Source of the DNA: Cenococcum geophilum
Taxonomy: Eukaryota
Length of the DNA stretch: 64,000 nucleotides
Reading direction: 5' to 3'
Assembly (NCBI GenBank): GCA_050273025.1
Contig: CP158635.1
Span: forward strand, 20,150,001-20,214,000
Shown: piece after piece, positions 14,490 through 27,900 of the stretch
Layout of the letters: every line of letters starts with the position of its first letter
Position numbering within the stretch: position 1 is the first letter of the stretch
Notes under the pieces: model-generated
Database searches by the model: none
Told to the model about the DNA's origin: nothing
What the model saw: only the letters and a program-made list of their open reading frames with translations
Made by a program: the position numbers and the translations under genes

Positions 14490-15762
14490 GTTAAAATTAT
14501 ATCCTTTTCCTACTAAATAGTTATAATAGAAGGTACTAGCTTAGCCCTTAAGCATAATAGAATAGGCGTTATAGTATTAATTAGACTCTATTCCTACTTT
14601 CTAGTAATAGTTATAGAAAATATATAGTTTTAAATTAAGGACATTATATAGTTTCTTACTAAACTTCTTCTCCTAATCTAAATAGAGCTTTATAAGCTTT
14701 ATAAGTAATTTTAAACTACTTCTAATTTAAGATTAAAATAGAGGAGGTAGAAGTTATATTATAGGCTATAGTAGGGACGTAGGTCTAATTGGTAGAGTTT
14801 AAAGATTATTAAATTGCGGAGTAATAGGATCCTATACCTGCTCTTATTAGGGTATAGTATCCAACGTTAAAGCTATAGGTTAAATTAGATATAGAGAAGT
14901 TAAGGGCAGAGGTAGATTTGTCTTTAGAGGTATATTGCTTAAATTCTATCGTAAGTTAAGCTTCCTTATAATGCGTAGTTAGTGCTTAATCTCTTATAGA
15001 GTCTATTCGTGCTCTTCTTTTATATTAATAATATGCTTCTAAATATTATCTCTAATAACTCCCCTATCTATAGGGATAAATACTTTATACTCCTAAAGGA
15101 AGTTACGGAAGTCCTATATAATATCTTTATTTATAGGAACTTATATTTCCTTTATTTATCTAATAAAGTCCTCCTTTATATAATACTATAGTATAATATT
15201 ATTATATTCGCTGTCTTTATAGTATACTATACGGTATAATAGGAATCCGTTTAGGTCCTATTACTTAGCGGTTATAGGGTTAATATCTCTATTCTATATC
15301 TCTGGGTTAATATTATCCTCGTACTTCTTTAGGTAGGTTAACGCTATAGTAGGTATAAAATTAACAGGGTGTTGTACGTTAAAGGTAGGTAAGATTTTTC
15401 GGTTTTATAGGATCTCGTAGGTTTACTGTCAAAAGGTAGGTAATTTAAGATGTTATTTAACGCGTTTTAGACGTTATTTAACGCGTTTTAGACATTAACT
15501 TAGGACCCTAGGTTTAGTAATACTTCTAACCTAAAGTATAACTAAATCTTTATAAACGCGATTATTCTACGTAATAAACGCAACTTAGTATCTCCTAGTA
15601 CTTAGTAACACTTTTATTACTAGTTTTCCGCAAGTTTAAGGTAGTATAGTGTTGCTAGGATCCATTCCATATAAGCGCATATAGCACCCCTATATAAGAC
15701 TATCTCTTCTATTTAAAAACCTAGCTGCTCTATAATTAACTATATAATTAACTACTAATTAG

Positions 15763-15928
15763 TATTAGTTACACAGGGTAACTCACTAATAACGACTACT
15801 CGAGTAGGTTATAGTAATGTTAGTTAATAAAGCTTATTTATTAAAATAAGAAAGGGCGAGGAGCCTAAGACTCCTCGCCACGCTAGTGCCGCGGCATTAT
15901 GTGACGACCGCTTGCCTTATTCCTAACA
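15763..15928 (-). repeat. 5' LTR of Copia 1
   Basis: Reverse complement starts TGTTAGGAATA and shares GCCGCGGCACTAG.GTGGCGAGGAG...CTCCTCGCCC with the Copia 2 LTRs. Confidence 0.8.
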
Positions 15929-16587
15929 CTATATTTTCTCTTTAAATAAACTATAGAAAGCTATAAATAACCTATTACCTAGATAAAGGAATAACCATCC
16001 CTTACTAATCTAAGTTAATAGCAATGATAAATAGGCAATTAAAGAAATACTAGCCTATAAGCTTATAAGGGGAACGTAAAACTATTTTATTAGTTAGAAA
16101 GGGTATAACCTAAACTTTACTTAATACCTTATATAGAACTTTATAGGTAGTTCCTATAAGCTTTAAGAGTTTTATAGTAATTACCCTAATAAACCCAGGC
16201 CTTTAAAATACCTTAACAAGTAAATAAAGTGCTAGAATAGCGAAGATAATAAGCTACCTATTAATTATAAAATAAAAATACCTTACGGGTATAAAACGGA
16301 TATATAAAGCCTAAGGGCAGGCTTTTTTAGAAGGGGGGGGGTAATGTTACGGCGCTGGTAAAAACTAGTAGATATTGGTGGATTGTAGTAAATAATCGCA
16401 GACAGTTTTAGATAGTTTTAGATAGTTGCTATTACGTAACTAGAGGATTATATATAACGTTAAGTGGCGCCGCCCTCTATCTCCTCCCCTTTCTTTAGCT
16501 TTAGATTCTCATTTATAGACTACCAATTATATAGGCTTACGCGTCCCTCTTACCGTACTTATGCCTTAATTAACTAAGTCGCTAATA
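15929..16587 (+). mobile_element. Gypsy 3' end: chromodomain, PPT and LTR (16345-~16587); probably the end of Gypsy 1
   Basis: Degenerate chromodomain at ~16030-16200; PPT AGAAGGGGGGGGG just before TGTTAC at 16345. LTR right end approximate; link to Gypsy 1 is inferred. Confidence 0.7.
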
Positions 16588-16738
16588 AAAATAGTAGCTC
16601 TTACCTCTTTGCTACTATATATATAGGAATTAAGTCTTTACCTTATATTTAATAGATATAATTAATACTATAATATTCGTATAAGCTAAAATAAAGATAT
16701 CCGTATAAGCTAAGATAAAGATATTTATATATCCGCAC
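16588..16738 (+). repeat. ~150-bp direct repeat, copy 1
   Basis: Aligns with 21509-21662 (TAGCTCTTACC...ATATCCGCAC); contains internal TATAAGCTAA sub-repeats. Confidence 0.85.
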
Positions 16739-17536
16739 CGTTAATAATTACTAAAGTAAGTTACTATAGTAGTAATTATTTGTTGGTAAGCTAATTTAAT
16801 AAAATTAGTAGCGTAAATATTTACCTTTAATTAACCTCCGTACCTCTTTTTCCTCTACTAACCTTTTACCTTATAGTACTGCACCACAAACTTTATTATT
16901 ATTATTTTATCTGCTATCCCTTAGTATTCTACTATTTATAATGCCTTTATTTACACCTATAAATAATAGCAGCTAGGTAGTTAAGGAACTTAATATACGC
17001 AAAATAAATAAGGATGCTATTAAGCACGCTATAGCTACTCTTACTAAGCCTTTAAACTCTATTTCTAGAGAGTAAGCTTTCTAATACTAAATTGTGCCTA
17101 TAGCTAATATAATTTTAGAAAATATATACCAAAGCGCTTTTTATAGGATTTAGTAGATAATAAAAATATAAATAGAGCAAAATCTGTTAAAAACCCGCGT
17201 ACTTTTTTGCTGCCTGCTTTTTTGTTGCCTATATCTTTACTATAGACCACTTTACCGTTAATTTCTTCGCCGCCCGCTTCTTTGCTATTTACCTCTCTAC
17301 TACTACTACCTAATACTTCTAAAAGGAGGCTTAATAAGGCTTAATTATCCTCTTTTCTTAAAAAGTAGGCTAAAAAGGCTGCTAATATTAACCTAAAGGC
17401 TAAAATAGCCATTAAATTGTATGTGTTAGTTGTACTATTTTAATATCTTATCTACTAATTTACCTCTTATAGTAACCTAAACATTTATAAAGTTTCTTTA
17501 GATAGTGAATTTTTAGATAGCGGTAAAGATAAGGAT

Positions 17537-20517
17537 GCCAGACAAAATATCCTTCGCAATTCTACAAAAGGCCTACCCTATTATAGAAGATCTTCTATAT
17601 AGAATCTACCGGATTTTATTTACCCTAGGCTATCAACCAAAAGCCTAAAGAGAAGCTTAAGGAGTTATCCTCCCTAAAGCAAATAAGGGGGACTACTCCT
17701 TACCAAAGTCCTATAGACCTATCTCCTTATTAAACTGCCTAGGAAAAACCCTAGAGAAGATCTTCGCTACTAGATTAGGATATCTAGCTAGTACTACTAG
17801 CTTACTTCAAGATTCGCAACTAGGAGGAAGAAGACAGCGGTCCGCAATAGACGCAGTCCTACTACTTCTAAATAATATCTAATCTAAAAATAGTAGAAAA
17901 AAAGCTAGACAAAGGATAGCTACTACGTTATTCCTAGACGTAAAAGGGGCCTTTGACCACGTCTCTAAAAACCAGCTTCTATCTATCTGTAAGGAACTAG
18001 GACTACCTATAGTGCTCACACAATGGGTAGCTACCTTCCTTAGCAATAGAAAGCTACAACTTTCCTTTAATGGGCAAATATAAGAAAAAGTAGAACTAGA
18101 AACAGGGATACCACAGGGATCGCCTATATCCCCTATTTTATTTCTACTATATATACGTAATATCTGCAGCATACAGACAGAAGGAGCCTATTCTCTTAGC
18201 TACATGGACGACTTTGCAATTGTAGTTACTTTAAATTCAGCTAAATCTAATTGCAAAAAGCTAGAGAGAATAGCGCTAGAGCTAATGTCTAAAGCCAAAG
18301 AAGCTGCTATTAGTTTTAACGTTAGCAAAACAGAGCTTATACACTTCTATAGTAAACGTACCACTATAGAAGAAGGGTTAAAGCTAGGAGACGTAGAAAT
18401 ATCCCCTAAACCCCTAGTTAGGTGGTTAGGGGTATTCCTAGACTCTAAGCTTACTTTTAAACAACATATAGAAATACAAATCTCTAAAGCAAAGGCAGCC
18501 TTCTATTTAATTAGAAGACTAGGTAATATATAAAGAGGTCTATCTCTACAAGCCCTACGACAGCTCTATATAGCTTGCGTTACTACTATAGCAGACTACG
18601 GAGTACAATGCTGGTGGAAAAGTAAATCTAGAGACTACCTACTAGATAGGTACCAATCTCTACAAAATGAGGCTCTAAAACTAGTTCTAGGAGCGTTTAG
18701 AGGATCTCCTAGCCAAGCTATAGAGATTAGTTGTCATGCCTTGCGCTACCCATACGTTACGTATGGGCTAGAGAGCTTATAAGACATTCCAACCGGCAGC
18801 CCGTCCAGTCGCGAGACACTGCTGCTATCTTTTTAGTTTGTATGACCGAGTGGGTTGGGCTTGGGCATAACATTAAAGCCTCTATTCCTCCTCCTAGGAT
18901 TAGATTTAAAAAGCTTTGCAATAACTACGCAATAAGAATTCTAAAATTCAAGGAAAACCACGTAATTAAGAAGGTCTATATAGAAGAGATCAACAAAGAT
19001 AGGGACGAATTAGCAGCTAGTTCTAGCTCTAGTTTTAGCCCTAAAAACTCTACTATAAAGCACCTCTTACAGCCAAAGACACAGCTACTATCTCTAGCCT
19101 CTAGAGTTCAGCAGCTAATTCAAAACTGGAAAATAGAGAGAATCTCTCTAGATTGGCAAAAACCGTGGTCTCCTCCTATTCCCGCATCCTTTTCTATCTC
19201 AAAAGGTAGTAAGGAAGAAGCTGCACAAGAACATTTAAGACTAGTAGAAAATCTATAAGAATCCCTAGAGTGGGACCTAGTAGATTTATACTATATAGAT
19301 GGCTCTAAAGACGGTAAATTAAATGCAGCTGCTATATGCAAAATAGGAGAGAGAAATAGGATTAAATATACAACAAACTGGAATCTAGGACCCTATATGG
19401 AAATTATGGACGCAGAGCTCTATGCAGTCTATAGGGCCCTAGAGCACCTAAAACAATAAAGACTAGAAGAGAAACAAGTCTATATCTTTATAGATAGCCA
19501 AGCAGCTATTAAAAGATTACAGCTTAAATCTCTTACAGGGGGGCAAGAACTAGTCTTTAAAATTACGCAAAGCTGTTCCTATTTAGCTAGTAAGGGGATC
19601 TCTATTAACTTTTACTGGGTTCCTAGCCATCTAGGAATCTATGGGAATGAAATAGCAGATAAGCTAGCTAAAAAGGGCCTTTCTAGAAGAAAACTACAAT
19701 CTTCTTATACCTCCTTAGCCTATATAGGGAGAGCAGCAAGAGAAAAGATACTAGAATAGTGGAAAAACAATTAGCAGCAGAATAAGAATAAGGGAAAACA
19801 CTATACTAGGATCTGTAAAGGAAGCTATTCCTTTTCTCTTAAAGCCCCTAAGGATAAATATCCTAAAAGGCTACAATTAGCTTTCTTCCAGCTAAAGCTA
19901 GGAAAAGGCTATTTTAAATCCTTCTCTAAAGTAATAGGGGGGGAGAATGAAGACGGTAGATGCTTTAGGGAATATAGAGCACTATAAACCCCTAGGCACC
20001 TACTACTAGACTGCAACCTATATAGAGAAGAAAGAAGAGAAATGCAAAAGAAACTAAGCTCTTCTCTCTCTCTAAAGAAGCTATTTTGTACACTAAAAGG
20101 AAGAGAGGCGCTTTTCCTATTTCTAAGTAGGACAGGGATAGCTACTAAAAAGTGGCTAATAACAGCAGGATCTATAGAAGGAGGTAACTCCTACTAGGCT
20201 TCTAGTAAAGAGATATTAGTAAGCAAAAGGACAGAATCAAATTACAAAAGGACAGGGATAGGCGTTAGGATTTCTTATTTCTTATAGTTTTCTACCGTTT
20301 TCTCATTACCTAGTAGTTGCTTATAACTTAGTATTTTACTAAGGAACTATAAACCCCTAGTTTAGGGACTTATAAACTACTAGGATATAGTTACTAGTAT
20401 ATGTTAAGCTGCCCTAAGGGATTCATATATATAGGACTATAGCGCCATAGCCTAGAGGCTGCATGCGCAGTATTGTACGTAGTATAATACAACAGATATA
20501 AAAAAAAAAAAAAAAAA
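17537..20517 (+). mobile_element. LINE family A copy 1 (Tad1-like, RT + RNase H), 5'-truncated
   Basis: TSD GATAAGGAT at 17528-17536 and 20518-20526; poly(A) 20500-20517; RT motifs LDVKGAFDHV, GIPQGSPISPILF, YMDD; RNase H DGS and WVPSHLGIYGNEIAD. Confidence 0.95.
18732..18872. mobile_element. 141-bp solo-LTR-like insertion in LINE A1
   Basis: Terminal IR TGTCATGCC...GGCATAACA; interrupts the LINE frame AIEI/KASIPPPR; TSD imperfect (ttagt/ttaaa). Confidence 0.7.
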
Positions 20518-21508
20518 GATAAGGATCTTAATAACACTAACTCTTATAATCTCTATAGCCCTTACAATCTCAACAGCCCTTATAATCTCTATAGTACCAT
20601 AAATATAAATAAGCGCCTTTTTATTTAAGTACTATTAGCGAATAAATAGTATACTCTAAAAGCTAGTGTTTAGAAAAATATAAAGGAAAGTCACTAGTAA
20701 ATATTAACACACGTCTAAAATATTAAAGGTAGCTTTAGTAAGCTACGCAATCCGCTATATACTCTATATAAGAAGTATAGCCATAAATATCGCGTTTATA
20801 AGAAGGACTCCAGGCCTTATTTTAGGGGTGCGTGCTTAAAATATTATATAGGCAGTAGGTTATACGGAAAGGTACGTGCTAATAATATACTATTATTCTA
20901 TTAGCTAATACGCGAATAGAAAAGTTTATTAAATTTAGAGCTGGTTATACCTTAAAGCAAAAAATATACAAAATTAGCTTCTGCTAGTAATCTAGCTGAA
21001 ACGCCTACTAAGAAGGTATAGTATCTATATATTAATAATACGGATATTACTAATATTTAGATAGCTTCGTTCTTATACTATCCCCACCTACGCTATTACG
21101 CCTCCCCCCTATTAAGACTCCTACTTATAGTAGTACCTATAGCTATAGAGGTACCTACTTTACCGCTGCTTCTCTAACTCTTTTACTAATTACTAGCACG
21201 CCGGGTACTGCTATTGCTACTACCGCTTTTGCTAGCATTAGGTCTATTAGGGTATATTTAACAATTGCTATTTCTATATATATTAATATAGTTTATAAAT
21301 AGGCAACTAATATAGTAAAAGATATTTAAGCTATAAACCGCTGGTTAAATAAGTTTAGAAATTCTCTAAGTAAGATAAAGGATAAGCTTGCATTCCTAAG
21401 GCGTAGTATTATTACACTTATATATAATACTGTGCTACTAGATATTAAATAAGTGGATATAAGTTAGCTGTTATAATAGGTTGGCTATTATTATAGGTTT
21501 ATAATAAT

Positions 21509-21662
21509 AAAACAATAGCTCTTACCTTTTTGCTACTATATATATAGGAATTAAGTCTCCGCCTTATATTTAATAGATATACTTAATTAATATTATAATA
21601 TCTATATAAGCTAAGATAATAATATCCATATAAGCTAATATAAGATATTTATATATCCGCAC
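21509..21662 (+). repeat. ~150-bp direct repeat, copy 2
   Basis: Aligns with 16588-16738. Confidence 0.85.
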
Positions 21663-21999
21663 TATAAAATAGCTTACTACTACGTTATATACCACGCACT
21701 AAGAAGATTATATGCTGGCTGGGGTTATTATTAATAAAAAGAACTCAATTAATATATTAAAATAGAAACGTACTATAAGCCTAAACATTTAAAAGTCCTC
21801 TAGTATATTATCTATAGTCTTACTAAATCCATTCTTATAAGGGTTATATAGTAAACCGCTAATATAAGATATCCACATATTAAAATTAGTAATGCCGCCC
21901 TATAAGAGCCGCTTTAATCTAAGTTAAAAAATAGTAGGTGCCTTAAACCTAACGTCCTATATACGCTAACGTATAATAGAAGTATATCTAAAATTAAAA

Positions 22000-24900
22000 C
22001 AATATATTACTATTATTCTTAGTATTTATTAAGCAATTTATATACTAACTATTATATATATTAGCAGAGGTATAGGTATAATATTAGGATAATAAACTAT
22101 ATAAATATATTCAGCAGCTTCCCCTAATATCTCTATATTTTTATTAGTATTACTAAAGCTATATATAAGGGGATTAAATAGCAAACCGGCTGCAGTTAAT
22201 AGAAAGGCGTTAAATATATTTATACCGTCCTTTACAAGTTTTTTATATATCCGCGCTATAAAAGCAAAGAAGCCTTAAAATCCGCTAAGCGCCGCGTATA
22301 TTGTACGATTAAATCCTTTCTAATTTAATCTATAAGATAGCGGATATCTAGCGCTAAAGACTTAGTCATATATTCGCTATTTCAACTGCCCTTGGAGCTC
22401 TTGCTGCACCCGGCCCAAAAAGACCAAAAACAACTAAAAGAACCCTGAAAAACACCCAGAGAATCCCCCTAAGATGCATGCATCGCAGGGGAGACACACG
22501 TCGAACGACGGTGGTTCGCACTCGCGCGCGCCCACCAGAACCACGCCTAGCAATGGCCCTCCATAACAAGAACGGGCGAATTCCACACTATAAAACGGAA
22601 AGACCTTTATTAAGAAGGCATTTAACAAAATATAAAGCCTATTAGACGCGTTTAGTATCTATAGTTACGGGGGAGCAACTATTAGCTATAACGAACTAAT
22701 ATAGCTAGTAGAATAGCTCCGCCAATCTAGCGTACCTTAGGCGCCCCTCTAGTAAACCCTTAACTAAATCCTCTAACGGCTAAGCAAAATTAAAAATAAA
22801 TAAAACCCCTCCCTACCGGCGAACCGCACCTAGGCCGCCGTAGCTGCGCCTCTATAGTATAGGGAGCCTACCCCCCTAAAGATAATATCCGGATATATAA
22901 TTATAATATAACCAAATATAGAGAAAGCAGAGGGGATTAGGGGATAATTAGAAATAGAAGTTCTTACAGAAATTTATAAAGAGGTTTACGACGCCATTAT
23001 AGTCCAACACCTTAGGAGCGGAGATATTAGAGTTACCTTAAGGGACTAATAGGTAAAGGAATAAGCTATAAGGGTAGGGGACAGGCTAGGAGAACGTATT
23101 AGCATAAAAGTACTCTATAAAGATTACCCAGTTAAAGTCTTAGTGGTTCCCCTAAGCTTTAGGGTAGAAAAGGGACGCTAGGCGGATAATATGGCAACTA
23201 TATATAAGATAATAAAATAAATGGAACGCCTTATACTAGGACTTAAGATTACCCGAATCTAATAGCTTTAACAGGAAAATGTAAACTAAGTATATAATAA
23301 GAATAATAAAAGAATATAAGGGTCGCCAGAGACTTGCTAGGGAGACGCCGGTCAAACGTATAGCCCCCTTATTATTAGTATACATACACTAGGAATGCAA
23401 AAACTCCTTATCTAAAAAGGTATTATTATAAATAGCCTTATATACGACGCAAGGCTCTATAACTATAAACTCCGCTTAAAATAATGCTATTACTATGTAT
23501 AATAGGGATATACCTAATCTACATGCGCAGTATAGGTGTGCTGCGGCCACTGTATAGGCCCCTATAATATAAAAAACTGCTTAAATTAAGACTAAATAAA
23601 ATGTATAAACTGCTACCAAAGTATATATAAGGCGTGGGAGAGAGGAGACTGTATTAAATACAGGAGACGGAAGGTAAGGGCTTAACAGCTACGGGAATAA
23701 CTATACGCTAGGTTATACGAATGGAAATAATAGGTAATAAGCTAGGGGGGCGCAGGTACCTTTTTAGTATTTCTTACCTTTAATACTAGGGGGCTAGGCT
23801 AGTTATCCCAAGCCTTAATAGGCCAGAAGCGTTGCTGCGCGATATTACTAGACCGTATAGGGATATAAGGGTCACAGGGGATATAAGGGAGAAAACGCCC
23901 TGTAGGAAGACTATTATGGACAGCTATAGCAAGCTTAAGACTAGGATAATTAAGAATTAGATTTAACGCGGCAAATATAACATTTATAGCTAACTCTTAA
24001 AGGGTATATAGCTAACTAGTAAGAACAGGGGAGGAACTGGAGATAATAATAGATTTAGATATAGAAGCGCTACTAGGAACACAAGATATGGGAATAGAAA
24101 GCTCTATATAAAATGAGTAGTAACTAGGATGCAGATACAAGAGATAGAAGCTCTAAATGTCCTAGAGAAAGTAGAAATAGAGGAAGCGAGGAATAAAGGA
24201 GAGGCGAAGGACCCCTACCGGGGGTCCGCCACCTATCTATTATACAGTACAACTATGGCAATATAAACCACTGTCTTGTAAGGCCCTTGCTAGACAGCTT
24301 AGACCTAGAGAAACACCACATCCTTACTATATAAGAGCCGTATTACAATGCCTATATATAATTAATATACTACCCCTAAGGATTCTAGCTCCTATATAAA
24401 CCAAAAGCAGCTATATACGTGTGCTTTATAATTAGTAAGGCTATTAGCCTATCCTTATGGTTATAGCAGGCAGTTAACCCAGATATTACAGTTATAACAA
24501 TCCAGACATATAGGGGACTGGTTTAGATTTTTAATATATATAACCCTAGGGTTAAAGGGGTCCTATAAACAGAGAATATTATATTAGTAATAAGCTTACT
24601 AGAAACTAAAGACATAGAGTTTATCCTATTAGGAGATATAAACCTCTACTACCCGCGGTAGGGGGGTATCTATATTGCTGCTGAACGACAGGTAGAGTGC
24701 CTACTAAAAGCTATAAACACCTAGGGCCTTAAGCTAGCCACCCCCTTAGAAGCAATTATATGGCAATAAGGCACCGCTAGAAGCATAATTAACCTTATAT
24801 TTATGGACGAAGGCCTATACCAGAGACTTAAAAGGTGCAACCCTAAAGAAAAATAGGTACTCGCTTTAGACTATATCCCTATCTAAATATAGCTAGATCT

Positions 24901-27900
24901 GGATATTAAGGTATAATTAAATAGCAAAAGATACGCAATAAGAAAGCTTAAGATAGATAGCTTCCTTAATATAGTTAAACAACAACTTTAAGACCTAGAA
25001 GAAATCCACCCGATACTAAATAAGCGAGGCTTAGTGGTTACCCCTAAGGAAATCGACTAAAGACTAGAAAGGATCTAGATAGTAATTAAAAATGGGTTAG
25101 AAGAGCACTGCCCGGTTTTAAAAGCGGGCCCCTACGCGCGACACATATAGTCCGTATAATGCGCGGTTCTTATTACTAGCTAATGACGAGCAAGAAGAAA
25201 ATATATAAGCAGCCACAATTCTAAAGACGAGAGATATTATAAAGATATAAGAAACTAGCTAAAGAATACCCTAAAAAAAGAAGTAAGGAATAGCTGAAGA
25301 CGGTTTATAAATAAGTATACTACTAACCCGAGCCTCCCCTATAACAAAGGTCTTTAGAGGATAGCGAAATGGGCAAAAAGAAAGGTAGAACGTCTAGTAG
25401 AAGACTTATACCTTCCGCCCCTACAAAGACCAGGTAAATTACTGGCTATAAGCAATAATAATAAGAAGGCAAAAATCCTTATAGAAAGATTTTCCCCCTA
25501 ACTAGCTTTAGCAGACCTTAGCGATATTACGGGCGAAGCACCGGTGACTTACCTAAGGGTTAATAGTAATATAACAACTAAAGAAATGGCTAGAACTATT
25601 AGCCGCCTTTTAAATAATATAGCACTAGGACCAAATAGGATCCTAAATAAAGCCCTAAAGACCTACGGACCACTAATAGCACCTTAGCTTACGGATGTAG
25701 CTAGAGTATGCTTTATAATAGGCTACTACTTAAGACTTAGAAGAGCTATAACAACGTTTGTTTTATATAAAGAAGGTAAAGCAGATTACTTATTTTTAGG
25801 GAGCTACCGCCTTATTGCCTTAGAGAATACCCTTAGCAAGATCTTAGAAAGGGTAATAGCGGACTATATAGCAGACATAGTAGAGGAACACGCCCTACTA
25901 CTACAAAGCTAAATGGGGGCAAGAAAGAACCGCTTAACACTATTAGTACTTACGCTACTTGCTGCCACTATTAAATTAGTATAGGCGATGCGAAGGGACT
26001 TTATAGTATTAATGCTTAGCCTAGATATTAGTGGCGCCTATAATAATATACCCTATAAGCGTCTCCTATATATCCTTAGAGCAAAAGGCTTCCCAGAATA
26101 GATTATATAATTTATTTAAGGGTTTATAGGCTAAAAAGAAATATTACTAGTCTTTAGCGGATACTAAAGCCCCTTTATCGCAGTTGCAACAGGAATACTA
26201 TAAGGATTACCCCTTTCGCCTATACTTTTCCTTTTCTTTATAAGCAACCTACTTAACTCCTTTAAGGAAGGGGCGACCTAGGGGATAGGCTTTATTAATA
26301 ATACAAACCTAATTATATACGGGCCAACAGCCGTAGAGAATTGCAGAACGCTAGAGAAAGCTTATAATACCTATATAGAATAGGTAAGACAATATAGAGT
26401 CTAATTCTCACTAGAGAAGTACCAGCTAATCTATTTTATAAGAAAACGTAACCAATCTGTAGATCTTTAGCACATAATTCGCATCTAAGGCTTTAGGGGT
26501 TAGCCAGTTTAAGGCCTAAGAGTATTAGGAGTATGGGTAGATAGTAAGCTCCGGTGGAGCGTATATACGGCCTAAGCGGCCTATAAGGGCTAAGTATAGT
26601 ATATCGTATTATCTAGGATTGTTAATTCTATATAGGGCCCATGCTTTTAGAGGTTACGCCTACTATATATAGCAGTTGTCCGGCTAACTATAATATATAG
26701 GTCTAGTATTTGGGCCATTGGAGAATCTAAGAAAGGCCCCCCTAAATCACTCCTTAAACTACTCTAAAAGGTCTAAATAGCCTGCCTCTAGAGTATAATA
26801 GGCGGATATAAGCGAACGGCTATAGTACTGCTTAAGAAGGAAGCTAATATTCCCCCCCTATAACTATATATTAAAGCCGCTATAATATAAAGGGCGTAAA
26901 AGGAACGCAACTCTAATGTTATAAAGTATATTAAAACACGCCTAAATAAACTATGGAGGGACCCTAGGGCGCCTTATAGGAGAACAAACTAATAACCCTA
27001 AAGTAGGGAAGATATATTAGAGAAACAGGTAAAGAAAGCAGAAGAAGAATAGTGCTGCTTTAGGGCCTAGGCCCATATAGAGGAGAAAGGGAAACGTATA
27101 AGAGGCCAGTAAGGACAATAGTAAGAGAAAAAAAAGAGCTAAAGTAAAGTATAAAAGAACGCCAGAAAACTAACTACTGTAATATAATACTAGCTAGACT
27201 AACGCTAGAGAGGTATATAGGAGTTAAAGGTATAGAGGTTAACTAAGGCAAGAAGAACCTAAGCCGTAGCATAGTTAACGCTATAGGGGGTAAACACTCT
27301 AGGGCTCTAAGAAGGCCTAATAAAGGCAGAAAATATAATAGCAACACTTTTAAGAATAGGAGTAATAGGACTAAAAGACTGGCTCTACTGGGTGGGTATT
27401 TTAGTAGGTAGCCTAAGATGCAAATATGGCTAGCTAAGACAGACACTAAAGTACGTAATACTGTTATGCCCCTTACGTACTAACTAAGAAGTAATACTCT
27501 TAGTAGCTGGCATAGAGAACTATAAGATACTGCTCTTAATATAAAAAGGCCTTAAGGCGGTTACCTAGTAGCTTATTAGCTAAAATATACTAAACCAGTT
27601 CTGGGTTATAAAGGAAATGGCAATAAAAGGCAGGGGGGTAAGCAACGGGTGCCCTCTAATGACTCTATAGCAGTAGAGTAAAGTTTACAATACTAGCGCG
27701 TCCGTAGGCTTATTACGGCAGCAGTGGTTCCTAAGGAGGTTAAAAAGTAAGGTAGTAGGAGTACTATAGGTAACTTGCAGGCGCCTCGCAGGCGCCCTAT
27801 AGGCGAGTCCTAAAAGGCAGGGAGATGGATTACGGGGTTTTCTTAAATAGAGTTTTCTCCCCACATATATATAAGGAGTAGTCCGCGTGGGCCCAATAGG

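Larger units (their letters stand above)
2375..15928 (-). mobile_element. Copia/Ty1 LTR retrotransposon 1, RIPed, 3' LTR missing, interrupted by Gypsy 2
   Basis: Reverse complement is co-linear with Copia 2 (45763-53935) over gag, integrase, RT and RNase H; 5' LTR at 15763-15928. Confidence 0.85.
16940..21480 (+). pseudogene. RIPed, probably intron-containing gene of unknown function, split by LINE A1
   Basis: ATG at ~16941 opens a frame to a GTAAG donor (~17072); low-complexity middle; segment at ~20730-20870 reads as a degenerate Cys-rich motif (...GAC...). Boundaries approximate. Confidence 0.35.

Noticed and set aside
7062..15191. Short Leu/Ile/Tyr-rich ORFs on + strand
   Set aside because: Antisense frames of RIPed retroelements.
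18731..19258. 175-aa ORF as a standalone gene
   Set aside because: Chance fusion of the 141-bp insert with LINE ORF2.
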